In this document: in pieces, positions 38,258 to 51,195 of the stretch | How positions within the stretch are numbered: position 1 is the stretch's first letter | Layout of the letters: the number at the start of each line of letters is the position of its first letter | Source of the DNA: Camelus dromedarius | Lineage: Eukaryota | Assembly (NCBI RefSeq): GCF_036321535.1 | Contig: NC_087436.1 | Location: forward strand, 112,718,001-112,782,000 | Length of the DNA: 64,000 nucleotides | Reading direction: 5' to 3' | Translations under genes and position numbers: made by a program | The notes under the pieces: model-generated | Told to the model about the DNA's origin: nothing | What the model saw: the letters and a program-made list of their open reading frames with translations, nothing else | The model's database searches: none

Positions 38258-39860
38258 TGGACCAAACATCCGTTTATAGCAGCTTATCTGAGGGACAGCT
38301 GCTTCTTCGTCAATTACGGCTTCAGCTTTGCCTTATTCTTCCAGCCTGATGGAGAAGATTTATGAAGATTCTTTATCACAGAATTACTCCCTTCCCCTCT
38401 GCTTCCTGGCAGCATCCAGGCAAAGCCAGCATCCTTGAATCATGGCCAAAATCTCGTAAAACAAGTCCAAATCCTACAAATCTTTTCTGACATCGTGGAA
38501 CGGAGCCCCCCTTGCCTTCCTGGGTCCCTGTGAAGAGAGGTCAGCCTTCTTGCAAATTGTGATAAATCCACCTTGTTCAACCAGAGCAGTGGGTGGTCCT
38601 GGGGGACCAGGCGGGGGGTGGGGGGCCAGGGGTAAGTGACAGCAACCAGCAATCTGAATCTGAACAATCAAGAGGCTTGTGAAAATCCTCATGCCTCCAC
38701 CAGTGTTTATGGCTGACAAGCTTCCGAAAGACCTGACTTGTCAATGAGCAAGTGTCTGTGTTGACCTGGAGGCTCAGTTGGCTAGCGGTTTCCTGTTTGC
38801 CTCTTTAATTAGTGACGGTGACCTGGGAGTGCAACGCACGCAGGCCAGGCACAACTGTCAAGATTCAAGGTCAAAGGATGTCCACCCCCTTCCTACCACT
38901 CTGCTCCTTCCAACAGACCCATGACGCACCCCCACGAGTCACTCCCTCCTATTCACTTTTCATCCCTGCTCCCTACCTCCGACAGGCGCAGGCAGGTGGT
39001 CTCCAGAGCCCAGAGGCAGGAGGACATGCCAGGAGGAGGAAGGAGAGGGCACAGACAGCACAGGATACTCCCCACGGGCCAGGCCCCGTGCTAAGGGCTC
39101 ACCTCGTGCCCACCCTGTTTAACTGTCACACCCGCCCCACGGGGAGGGCGCCACCACCACCCTGCCTTAGAGCTGCCGGAGCTCAGAGCTTAGGAAAGTG
39201 CCCAAAGCCAAACAGTCAGCAAGTGGCAGAGCTGCCTATGGGCCCAGCCCTTCTCTTTTAGTTAGATGATGCTGCCTCCCACAGGAAATTTTAAATCGTG
39301 GCCCTAACTACCCCCAGGACAAAGCTGGTCCTAAGAGAACTGAGGGCCTAAGACCCCAGAGGAGTTGTTTCCCTGCAGCTCTCGCACGTAGTCGAAGACC
39401 AGATGTTGAAGGACTAGGAAGTGAGTGGAGTAAGAGGGAATGGGGCAGAAAGGGTTAAAGTTCTTGGTTAAAAAAAGTCTGATGCTATGTGAACAAAAAA
39501 AGGTATATTTGGTGGTTAAATCGATTTTGTGGGTTGTCAGCCTACTTGAGGCCTCATAACTCTACCGTCACCTCTCTTGAAACCTACATCCTTCCTGCAA
39601 ATGATTACATTTCAAAGGCCGCGTCAATAAAGCAACATCACTTTCATATAACGCGTTACTCCCCAGGGAAAGAGCTCACATCCCAAATCCTCTTCCCTGA
39701 AAGCACTTAAATCCCGAGGGGTAAATACACTCATTCTATGAATTTTCCTGCTGTCAAGTCCTGCAGGGCAGCTCGTTTTGGCCCCAAGAAAACGTGGTGG
39801 TGAACTCAGCTGTGAATTCTCAAATTTGAAGCCGACAGAAGCCTGCATTGAAGGTGAAGA

Positions 39861-39874
39861 CTGCCACCTAGTGG
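39861..39874 (-). promoter_or_regulatory. CTCF motif (CCACTAGGTGGCAG) in intron 1
   Basis: Strong consensus match on the minus strand, in non-repetitive sequence. Confidence 0.55.
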
Positions 39875-41802
39875 GAGAAGAGAGAATCGGCGCGATTCCC
39901 TGAGAGGAGAATTTTTCTAAGCGGGGTCCTAAAATCAGAAGACTCTTCAGGCTGAAGGTAAGTTCAGAAATCATTATTTCATTAATCTAGCAAATATTTA
40001 CTGAGCATCTACTATGTGCTCGGCACGTTTATGAACATGTAAGATACACCAGTGAACAAAATAGAAAAGAGAGAAGAACCGTTTTAGAAGAAGGCAGTGA
40101 CCAACAGTATCAGATGCTCTTCACGGGTCAAGGAATATGAACTAACCATCTGAATTATCCCCAGGGAAGTCATGTCAAGAGCTGGTTTAACTTCCAAACA
40201 CTATGGGGTCAGAGGGAGGGGTGTTTGCCTATGTTTTTGTTATTGATTCTTAGGGTTTGGTATATATATATATAATATATATATATAATATAAATATATA
40301 TATATATTGGTCTTTGTGTTTTGTGAATTTATTTGGGGGGAAGACTTTGGGAAATAAACACTGTCTCTATTTAACTATAAGTGTATCATTAAGAAAACAG
40401 TTTCCCCAAATTTATCCTTCCATGCCCTCTCCTTTCATCCTCACTTCAAAACTAAGTATGCTTTCTCTTAGAATAGAAAGTCATTTCCTTACTAATTGTC
40501 TTTTGGGATGAAAGTTTTCCTGCAACTGCAAAGCAAAACACATAGCAAAATAAATTTAATGTTGAAGTTTGAATCATTCTGCAGCAGTCATTTGTAATCC
40601 CTTAGATCAAATTCTTGTACTCATTAAAATCTGTTTATCATTATTATAATAACCACATGTTATAAATATAAATGTATAAAATATGTTTATAGTAATAAAA
40701 TACAACTTTACCTATTTTATATTTCCATTCTTTTGTTCAATAAATACAGAATGCTTTCAATGTGCCAGGCAGAGCCCCAGGTACGCTCTGAGGAGTCAGC
40801 AGTTATGAAGACATACACACAGCCCCTGACCTCCAATGCTTTCAGTCTGAAGGGAATCATTGTTATTAAGTAAGAGACAGCAATAATGTGGATTGTGTGG
40901 TTGCTAAGGGAGTGTAGCGCATTGGGACTAACTCTCGCTTAAGGTTGGATCTTTTTAAAATTCCACGTAAGAAAAAATGTTAAGTGACTTCATCTTGATG
41001 ACTATGTGACCCCTGGCTACCTCTGACCTCAAATTGTTCTCCTTTGCCTGCTGGGACCCCAAACTGTCCTTCTTTCCTTTTCTCAAATGCATCAAGCTTA
41101 TTTCTGTCTAAAGTTTGTAGATACAATACCAACATTCAAAACATAAGACATTCCTATACACTTTCCACACACAATTAGAAAACATTTAAAATATATATAT
41201 GTATCCTACGTACTCTATATTGTACTATATTCCATATATTAAATACTACATATTACATACTGTGTATTGAAACTGTATTATGCAGTATACATTACCTCAA
41301 AGTAGGGTACGTATAAATATCCTACATATACATATGTATATATTCTACTTTGAAATAATGGCAATAGAACTATAGGAATGCAAAAATAGGAAATATTGAA
41401 CCATAAATTTAACAAAATATAGGCAAGCCTTGTACTCTGAAAATAAAACATTGCTGAGAAAAAAAAATTTAAATGCCTCAAGAAACAGAGAAACATACCA
41501 TAGTCATGGGTGGGAAAGCTCAATATTAAGATGGTAAATATCACTAAGATGTACCTCTAGAGTTAACAAATCAAAATTTCAGCATGCTTTGTCAAAAATA
41601 TTAACAAGTTGATTCTAAAACTTATGTGGAAGTACAAGCCAACCAAAGTAATCAAAGGAATAAAAGCTGGAGGGCATCAATTATTTGACTTCAAGACTTA
41701 CTAAAGAGCTTCAGTTATCTAGACAAGGTGCAGTGGTAAAATAATAGATATAAGTCAAGGAAATAAAACAGAGAATTTAGAAATAAACCCATATATACAT
41801 GG

Positions 41803-42130
41803 CGCAGTAGATTGAATGTTCGTGGCCCTCCAAAAGTCATATGTTGAAACCTGTTTCCCAAGGTGATGGTATCAGGCGGTGGGGCTTTGGGGGTGGTTAG
41901 GTTATGAAGGTGGAGCCCTCATGAATGGGATTAGCACCCTTATAAAAGAGACCCAGAGAGCTCCCACCTCCCTTCCCCAGTGTGAGGACACAGCTGTCTA
42001 TGAACTAGGGGAAGTGGGTTCTCACCAGAGCTGAATCTTGGATTTCCAGCCTCTAAAACTGTGAGAAATAAATTTCTGTTGTTCACTAGCCACCCTAATT
42101 CTGTTACAGCAGCTGGCATTGACTAAGACA
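41803..42130 (+). mobile_element. MLT1A-type LTR inserted in L1
   Basis: CATATGTTGAAAC...GGAGCCCTCATGAATGGGATTAG...GACTAAGACA. Confidence 0.8.
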
Positions 42131-44265
42131 TGGTCAACTGATCTTCAGGAAGGGAGCTAAAGAGAGTCAATGGGGAAAGGAAAGCTTTTTCAATAAATGA
42201 TGTATAGCAAATATGTTTTCATATGTGAAAAAAAAAAAATGAAATTGACCCTTACTTCACTCCACACACAAAATTAACTAGAAATGGATCAGAGACCTAA
42301 AGCACAAGTTATATAAGAAAAAACACCAGCCACCCACTCCCACACGCTCAACAGTCCAGTGCCGCGTCTCCTCCGTAGCTCTGGGTTCTGAGATCTCAGC
42401 TGGACATTTGTTTTCTCCTTAGTTGTATTTTTTTGTGATGCTCAATGGACTTTAAATAAAAAAAATAAAAAAAACCAAAAAGTTAAAAAAAAGAGAGAGA
42501 GAAGGAACAAATTAGACCTTATAAAGATTAAAAAAAAACTGCTCTATAAAAGTCTGCATTAAAGAATGTGAAAAGGTAAGTCATGAAATGGAAGTGTTTT
42601 CAGAGACATCTCGCAAAGGACTTATATCCAGAGTACCTAAACTGCCTACAAGCCAACAGTCAGAACAAAACCCTAACTTTTAAGATTGGCAAAAGACACG
42701 AGTAAATATTTCAATAACCTGTGAGACGATGTTCAACATCATTAGTTGTGCGGGAAATGCAAATTAAAGTCACCATTATAAAGCCACCACAGACCAATTA
42801 GAATGTCCAGCTTGTAAAAGCCTGAAGGTAAGTTCAGAAGGTAAGCTGACATCCAGTAGGGTGTCTCTACTTTCTTGCTAGACATTGATTTACATATTTT
42901 AGAAGTTTATATAAACAGAATCATATACTACATACTCTTTTGTCTGTGACTTCTTTCATGGCTTTGGTGTGATGTCTTTAGAATTCACTCACGCTGACTC
43001 CAAGAGTGTTAGCAAGGATGTATAACAACTAGAATATTCACACCCTGAGAGTGAACACATAAACCTGTACAATCACCTGGTAGAACAGTCTAGTAGTTTC
43101 TTAAGTAGCTAAACCACCCGGCTCAGCTGTCTCACTTCTGGACATTTACCCAAGAAGAAGGAAACCACGTGTCCACACAGTAACTTGTGTACTAGCAGTC
43201 GCAGGGGCTTTATTCAAAACACCCAAAGGTGAAGACAAGCTAAGCGCCCATCAACAGGCGAGTGGATAAGCAGATTGTGGTAGGTACCACAGTGGACTGT
43301 TACTCTGCAATGCAAGGGAAGAAACTGTTAACACCTGCCACAGCGTGGGTGAATTCTAAAGACATCGCATCAAAGCCATGAAAGAAGTCACAGACAAAAG
43401 CATATGCAGTATATGATTCTGTTTAGATAAACTTCTAAGATATGTAAACTAATGTCTAGTAAGAAAGTAGAGATACCCTACCGGGTGTCAAGACGTTAAT
43501 AATGTAAAGAATGTGGGAAATGATACAGAGACAAACAGATCATGAAACAGATTAGAGCCCGGAAATGAACTAACGCACTTGATATACAGCAGGAGCGGCA
43601 TTACAAAGCCTGTGATAAAAGATGGAGTACTTGATAAACAGGATTCATACAACTGACTATCTGTCTGTAGGAAAAAAAAAAATGAAATTAAGTTCCTACC
43701 TTAACAACACACACAAAGGAATATTCCAAATGGATAAACACTTAATAAAAAAAATCAAAAGTTTAAAAATTTTAGATAATATGTGACATTTTTGTGACCT
43801 CTGGTAAAAAATAAGTTCTTAAACAAGATACAAAAGGCATAGCCATAAAAGAAAATATAAATAAGAGTACACTGAAATCTTCAGTAAGACACAGGACCCA
43901 AAAAATAAAGGCAAGAGTCAAAACACAGATTGGGAGAATGTATTTGCAATCCACATAACTGACAAAAAATTGGAATCCTGAATGTGTAAAAAGGAAAGAC
44001 AATCCAATATAGAAACAGGCAAAAGGCAAAAATAAGCATTTCACAGAAGAAACCAGAATGACCAGTAGACACATACAAGTACAATCAATTGTATTTGTCA
44101 TCAGGGAAACAAACATTAAAGCCACAAAGAGATAGCTAAAATTGTTTGACAATCCAAGTGACAGTGAGGCTGTCCAGTAACAAGTAAATCCACACTGCTT
44201 TTGTGAAAGGAAATTGATGCCACAAATTTGGAGACGAGTTTAGCCGTATTAATGTGGTAGATACT

Positions 44266-44758
44266 GTTGCTTCCCAACCCAAATAGATTCCCTATCCTTC
44301 TTTCCTCTTGGCAAAGCATGTCTCCTATCATAGTGATTCCAAGTATCAAGTACTCACTCTGCAAGCTTCCTTTACAGTTTGGGGAGCCGTGCAAATGAAA
44401 TTCAACGAGGAAGCACAGAGGCAGTTGAGGGAGGGCTTCTGGGAAGGATGTTATTCCCCACTAAAGAGATTTGCAATGAGAGCACTCTTGCCCATCCACT
44501 TGCTCTCTGTTCCTGGGTATTATGCTATAATGTCTGGAACGGCAGCAGCCATTTTGTGACAAGAAGCTCAAGGATGAAAGCCACCCCAGGGAGATGAAGG
44601 AGTGAAAAGCCTTGGGCCATCAGTGAGCTGCTGAACCTACCTGAGGACCACCCCACTTCTGGATGTCTTGTTATGTGTGTCTATAAAAATCTCTTGTTAT
44701 AAACTACTTTCAGTTGAGTATTATTTTACTTGCAGCCAAAAGCATCTTAATCGGTACA
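44266..44758. mobile_element. LTR33-like ERVL LTR
   Basis: GTCTGGAACGGCAGCAGCCATTTTGTGAC...TTACTTGCAGCCAAAAGCATC end motif. Confidence 0.6.
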
Positions 44759-44763
44759 CCCAG

Positions 44764-45202
44764 TGTCATGGGCTAAATTGTGTCCCCCAAAAGATGTTAA
44801 AGTCCTAACTGCCAGTCCCTCGGAATGTGAACTTATTTGGAAATAAGATCTTTGCAGATGATCGAGGTAAGGTGATGGGGTAAGGGTGGCCCTTAATCCA
44901 ATGTGACCAGAGTCCTTAGAAAAGGGGGACATGTGCACACAGAGACAGAAAACACACACAGAGGGAAGAAAACCTGAAGACACAAAGAGAGGGTCATCTG
45001 CAAGGTAAGGAACGCCTGAGGCTTCTAGACACTAGGAGAGGGGCATGGAACAGGATCCTTCCCACGGCCCTTGGAAAGAACCCACCCTTCTGACACCTTG
45101 AGTTCAGACTTCTGGCGTCCAGAACCATGCGACAACACATTTCTGTCGGTTAAGCTGCCCAGCTGGTGGTACTTTGTTATGGCAGCCTTGACAAACTAGC
45201 AC
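44764..45202 (+). mobile_element. MLT1B/C-type LTR
   Basis: TGTCATGGGCTAAATTGTGTCCCCCAAAAGATG...GGTACTTTGTTATGGCAGCC; flanked by CCCAG repeats. Confidence 0.8.
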
Positions 45203-46510
45203 CCCCAGTGGAGGTGAAGACAGCATGCTCTGTGACTCAGTAATTCTCCCTCTAGCTAGACATCTTAGAATAGCTATACACACTAGCAGATGTGTGTTTT
45301 AGCATTGTTTAGGTCAGCAAAAAACAAAAAAATAACAACAAAAAAAAACCTGAGAATAAGGGAATCTATTAATCAATGTAGGATATGGTCATTCAGTAAG
45401 ATACTACAGAGCAGTTAAAATTAATGAACTAGTGCTCATATGTCAACACAGATACATCCTTTAAATAATTTAATTAAAATCACCAAAACCTATCATTAAG
45501 TGGAAAAAGCAATGTTTATTCTACAAAGCAAAACACAAAATAAATACAAATTAAAGTTAAAATGCAGAAACATCTTCCCTTATCAGATTGACAAAAATTA
45601 GAAAGTTTGAAATCATCCTATGCAGTGAACACGTGAGGAAATCAATTCCCATTGCCTCATGAGGAGAATTGTCTCATATGGAGAAATTTGGCTATTTTCA
45701 AAATGGAAAATGGTATGTTTTTTGACTTAGTGTTGCCACTCCTAGGATTCTACCTTACACATCCAAAGATTTTATTGCAACAGTGTTTGCAATATATTGC
45801 AAAAGATTTAAAACAACCTAAACATCCATCAATACAAGTCTAGAATATGGTGATAAAGTGGAATCCTATTAGAATGAGACAGAACTACATTGATAATGAA
45901 GATACAGGGTTTTGTGAAAAAGAAGGTGAGACACAGAAGAGAAGATGTGTGGAGAACAAAAGAATATATGAATGTATGCTTACATATTCAGAGAACATTT
46001 CTAGAAAGATACAGGTAGTTGCCTCTGAGAAGGAAGACAAGAAAATGCAAGGAAAAGGTGTTTTGATTTTATCTCTAATTTGTTATTTCTTTTAAAACTA
46101 GGGGAAAAGATCTGAAGCAAACATGACAAAAATTGTATTGTCTGTTAGTTCTGCAGGATGAGTAAATGGACATTATAATATTGTTCCATGGATATTTCAA
46201 TGCATTGAACATTTTCATAATTTAACGTGTTTAAGTTTTAAAAAGAAAATAATTGGGAGGAGATACGGACTAGGAATAAGGAATATTGAAGAAGGAAAAG
46301 GAAGTGCCTTGGGTGGGGAGGATGAAGGAAACTAGACATGATGAAAACAGAAGTACGGTTTTCAGATGTGAACTGACACAGTCATACCCTTGGTTTCCAA
46401 AACGCCTTTTCAAAATTTTACTAAGAAATATTAAATAAATATGAAATCAGATCCCCAAAATGTGACCAATTGTCTTTGGTCTATGTCTCACACAGTCCTT
46501 AGCAGTTTTC

Positions 46511-46642
46511 TTTTTTTTTTTTTTAGGGGGGAGGTAATTAAGCTTATTTATTTAATTATTTGAATGGAGGTACTGGGGATTGAATCCAGGACCTCATGCC
46601 TGCTAACTGCACACTCTACCACTGAGCTATCCCCTCCTCCCC
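46511..46642 (-). mobile_element. tRNA-derived SINE (Vic-1-like)
   Basis: Reverse complement of the same SINE: T-run...GGAGGTACTGGGGATTGAATCCAGGACC...CCACTGAGCTAT. Confidence 0.85.
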
Positions 46643-47909
46643 AGTCCTCTACAGTTTTAAATCTCTTCCACTTCAACTGTATGTTTTCAGTCTTTTTTGA
46701 GTCTTAAATAATTCCCAGGGAGATTTAATTACTGCCAACTTTGACACTGCTCTAGATAAGTTAATTCACAAATGAAGTCTTACTCCTAGAAGCCAAGGTA
46801 ATGAGGGAGGCAATTTTATTATGAATTTCACAATATTTGAACCAAGAGGAACCAAAGACAGAAATAACTTTGTAACGTTTGCTTGACAGTCGTAAGAGAA
46901 AATAAACATTTAAACTGTATCAAGGCAAATACAGATCATGGCCAAGTGAACGCGATGCGGGAATTGTTAACACCCCTTCCAATGAAGCTTTACTAATTGC
47001 TTCAAAGTATCCAGAGACTAAAGGTGTAGATAGCTTTCTGCTATGTGGCTGTACCATGTTTGATACATTCAGGCAGGAAGCAGAGAACTGAACTTAGCAA
47101 TTTTTTGAATGTCACATTGTAGAAGAAATGTGAATTGTGTCTCTAAAACTGCTTAGCTGAGGCCACCCACTGAAGGAAGTCTATATCGTCCTTCTGGGAC
47201 CCTCCTTTTTTTTTTTAATTGTCGTATTCCCTACTATTTAGAATTCCATTCTTGAGGATTAAGTGATTTTGTATTCTTCTCTATATTAAAATTTTTTTCT
47301 GAGTGTTCTATAATGGGCATGTTTTACTTTTATAATTAGAAAAAACTGAGTCATTGGACGGAAGTGAGAATGTCATTCTCATGCTTGGTTTATTCTTCAA
47401 GTTTCTGACCTCCATGATCACTTTTTTTGTCTTTAAAAACAAGGTTCCCATCACCCCTTCCTTCCAGAGCAGGTCTTTACTGGTGACATTTTCTTGAAAA
47501 ACAGGCTCCCCTAATCCCCACTCAGATCAACTAGAAAAACTCGTAAATATAATTACTTCTTCCCTTTCAAGACTTTAGCCTTTGAAACACACGCACGCGC
47601 ACACACACACACACACACACACGTACACACACAAATACGAAAGTAATTCTTGATTTCATCTATCATTCAGTTTCCTGTTTTGTTCTCACCATCTTGCATC
47701 TGTCCTTTCCACCACAGTTCATTTTGACAAAACGGAACAAAACAAAACAAAACGAAACTTTGTCCTGGTAGTTTTCTGACCTGATCTAGGTCTAAGGCAA
47801 GACATAGATCTTTAATGACAAGGAAAACTATCCTTTAATGGCAAGAAAAATGCCTGGCCACTTCTAAATTCATTGATTGCAAAAAAAAAAAAAAAAAAAA
47901 AAAAAACTC

Positions 47910-48290
47910 TTAACTGACCCCTGTTTTAATTACACTATCCATTTCTCTGTACAAGTTGTCTGTCCTTTACACAATCAACAGGCTACTCTCCAGTAGAACT
48001 TTCATTTTTACTCACTTAGGTGTTTATGTACCTACTCTTAAATATGTTTATGCTTCTTGTTTTTGCTTTAATTATATGCTTTAATTAAATTGTTCATAAA
48101 TAAATTGGATAAGTGGAAAAGGAAAAAAATATTTTTTCCTATGAAAACTAAGTGGAATTTTTTGGTAAAAATGACCAAGGTGAGTCACTTTAAAAATGTG
48201 GTTGAACTTGACATTGGCAGGCTGATTGTCAAAGATCATAGGAGACTGGAGAAATCCAGAAGCATTCTTTACTTAGATGACTTCTCAGTC
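47910..48290 (+). mobile_element. Tigger (TcMar) transposase 5' fossil
   Basis: Degraded translation KRKK...MKTK...VVELDIG...VKD resembles the N-terminal HTH of Tigger/CENP-B-like transposases. Confidence 0.5.
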
Positions 48291-48299
48291 CGCTTTAAA

Positions 48300-51195
48300 G
48301 AAGCTGCCTCTCAAAGCACTCCCAATTTCTTCCATCCTGGACCCTTCCTTATCCATCCAACCACCATGCCATTTCTGTTCTCCTTGCCAGCAGACCCCTG
48401 GCAAGAGTGGTCCATGTCCAGTCTCCAATTCCTCTGTTCCCGTTTTTTTCTTAAATCCATTCCAGACAGGCTTTCTCCATAACCACTCCTCTAAAACTGA
48501 TCTTGTCAAAGTCATCAATCCATCGGTCAGCTTTTAGTTTTCATTTCACTGAACCAGTCAGAATCACTTGAGTAAGATGATAACAGTTCCTCCTTATGAA
48601 ACAGCTGCTCTTAAACTTCTGTGCACCACTGATTTGCACATTTATATCTTCAGCCCAGATGTCTCTCAGATCCTCTAGACTCATGCAACCCAGCTTCCTA
48701 TTCAGCACTTGCCCTTGAATAACAATGGATATTGCAAAACTGACACGTACAAGCCAAACTGGTGGTTCCTTTCCCAACTTGCTTCACCCCAGCCTTTCCT
48801 GTTTGAACAATGGAAATTCATTTTTCTGGAAACTCAGCCCAGAAATCTTGGAGTTATTGTTGTTTCTTCTTTTTTCTAATATCCCCATAGAAAAGTCCAT
48901 AGCAAATCATACCGAATCTACTTCCAAAATGCATCCAGAATATGTCCTCTTCTCACCACTGTCCATCACTATCCAGGTCACAATCTCCTCTGACCCCAAC
49001 TACCACAAGAATCTCTATATGGTCTCCACGCCCCTCTCTTAGCCCCGCTACCATCCACTCTCCACCCAGCAGCCAGTGTGATCCCTTTAATAAGGTGTCA
49101 GATACTGGTACACTCTCTATACATTACTGTTTATCACTAGTGGGATGTATCCTACATCCAAAAACCAAAAGAACCAGAAAGACATGTAGACATCTTGTTA
49201 GCAATAATAATAATAATAGACATAAATATACATAATTACATACGAAAGCAAATACATTAATTTCATTAATATTATTAGGAACCAAGATTTTTAGTGTCAG
49301 AGAAAAGAGATCTAAACATAAAATTTAAAAATATTAGATTAAAAACCTTGTGCCTTTTACTTTACATTGGAATTATCAATATGGACTCCTGATTTCTCTT
49401 TCTCTAAAAGGAAGGTTCTATTCGAGAACCGTCTACTAAAAAAGCCGAAGAGTTATGACAACCCAGTGGCAATTAGCACTCTAATGTAGTCTCTAAATTT
49501 CGTTTTCACTGAAAGTAAGGAGGATGCCCTGCAGAAATGGCCAGTCCTCGCTCTAGGGCAGGACATTCACAAGATGAGCCTGATATCTTATTGTGACAAA
49601 AAGAAATGAAGCTCTCAGAAACTAGTGGGGTCATATCAAAATGTCACAGAGCCAGCTTAAAGGGCCTCCCACCAGCCAGAGGGAGCAATTTAAACAAAAA
49701 CAGAAGAGTGAGGTGAAGAACTGATACACACCAAACATATAAAACCCGTGGGTTCATAATGATATTTTAAAAAGAAACTCGTAAGTCATCTCTAGAAGTT
49801 GATGGGGCATTAACCAACTCATTATTCTGTAAGTTGATAAATAAAGGAAAAGAGTTAAGCATTTATTCTTTCTTTTATGGACTCCATTTCAGGGTAACCA
49901 AACGGTGGTTGAGAGAGAGCCTTTTGTTTAGAAGAATCAGAGTAGTGGGTGCAAAAGAAGTCCTAGAATTAGAAAATATTCATTCACAGCCTCTACGGAA
50001 ATAATTAATCTTGGCAATAATCATCAAATTCTCCTAAATTAATTAAGTGAAAAATTGTTGTGGAACTTCATAATGAATGAATTAAGCCCTTAATAGCCAA
50101 TCCGGTTAATCTCCCTAAACGTGGGACAGTGTGACATTGTGTGTCTCCTAATGTGACACCCAAGGAATGCCACAGCACTTCTGCCCACCCCCAAATCTAA
50201 CCTGACTGTAACCCAGCTCTCAGTTTGCAGGTAATACAGGGAACAGAAGAGCATGTAAAATAAAACCAGGTGCCAAATCCAGCAGGCGGGAAATTCTATG
50301 AGAGAAATTACCCAATCTCTTCAACAAATAAATAGGGTTTTAAAAATGGGAGAAGAAAAATGGTTATGAATTAAAGGATACTTAATATATCCTCTAAAAT
50401 ACTTAAAGGGTACTTAAGATAGTTGAAAGTAAAGGGTAGATCTTTATTGGAACAAATCAATTATAAAACTACATTTTAAAGAAAATCATGGAAAATTGAA
50501 CCCAGGGTGGATATTGGATAATATCGAAGAACTATTCTTAATTTTGTTAGGTAAGAGAATATTACCATTATGTTCTTTTTAAAGGTTTTTTTTTTTTCAT
50601 TAGAGATTCATACTGAGGTATTTACAGACAAAATGATATAAAGTCTAGAATTTGCGTTAAAGTACTTTAGGGGGAAAAACATGAGGAGATAGATGAAATA
50701 AGGATAGCAGAATGTTGCTAATTCTTGACATTGGGTAATGGGCAAATGAAGCTTGATTATTGGTGTCTCTAGTTTTACATATTTTTGACAATTTGCTAAC
50801 AAAAAGTTCCAGCCATACTGGTGTCCTTGCTGCCTCAGTGCCTTTGCACGTTCTTTCTTTTGCCTAGAATGCTCTTCCGCAGACATTTTAGCTTTTGTTC
50901 TCCCACTTTCTTCAGGTCTCTGCTAAAATGTCACCTTTCAGTGAAACCTTCTTTATTTCATTATCACACTTAAAATTCTAAACAGCCCCCCCATCCCAAC
51001 ACGCTTTCTAGCACTTTCTGCTGCTGTCAAACTACATATTGTGCCACTTTCTTTATTATCTGCACCCCACCTCCCACTAGAATACCAGTTGCATCTCAGA
51101 AAGAATGTAGTTTGCTTTGTCCACGGCTATATCCCCAGGATCTAAAAGAGTTTGTGGGACATAATAGAAACTCGATAAATACTTATTGAATAAGT
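48300..51195 (+). mobile_element. L2 element (about 48300-49105 and 50800-51195) split by an old L1 3' region
   Basis: LNPFQTGFLHNHSSKTDLVKV resembles L2 RT; L2 3' end (…ATAAATACTTATTGAATAA) near 51190. Confidence 0.7.

Larger units (their letters stand above)
41110..46240 (+). mobile_element. Cluster of old L1 fragments with nested LTRs
   Basis: L1 ORF2 and 3' motifs, e.g. GACTTCAAGACTTACTAAAG, GGGAAATGCAAATTAAAG, GATTGGGAGAATGTATTTGCAA; boundaries approximate. Confidence 0.7.
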
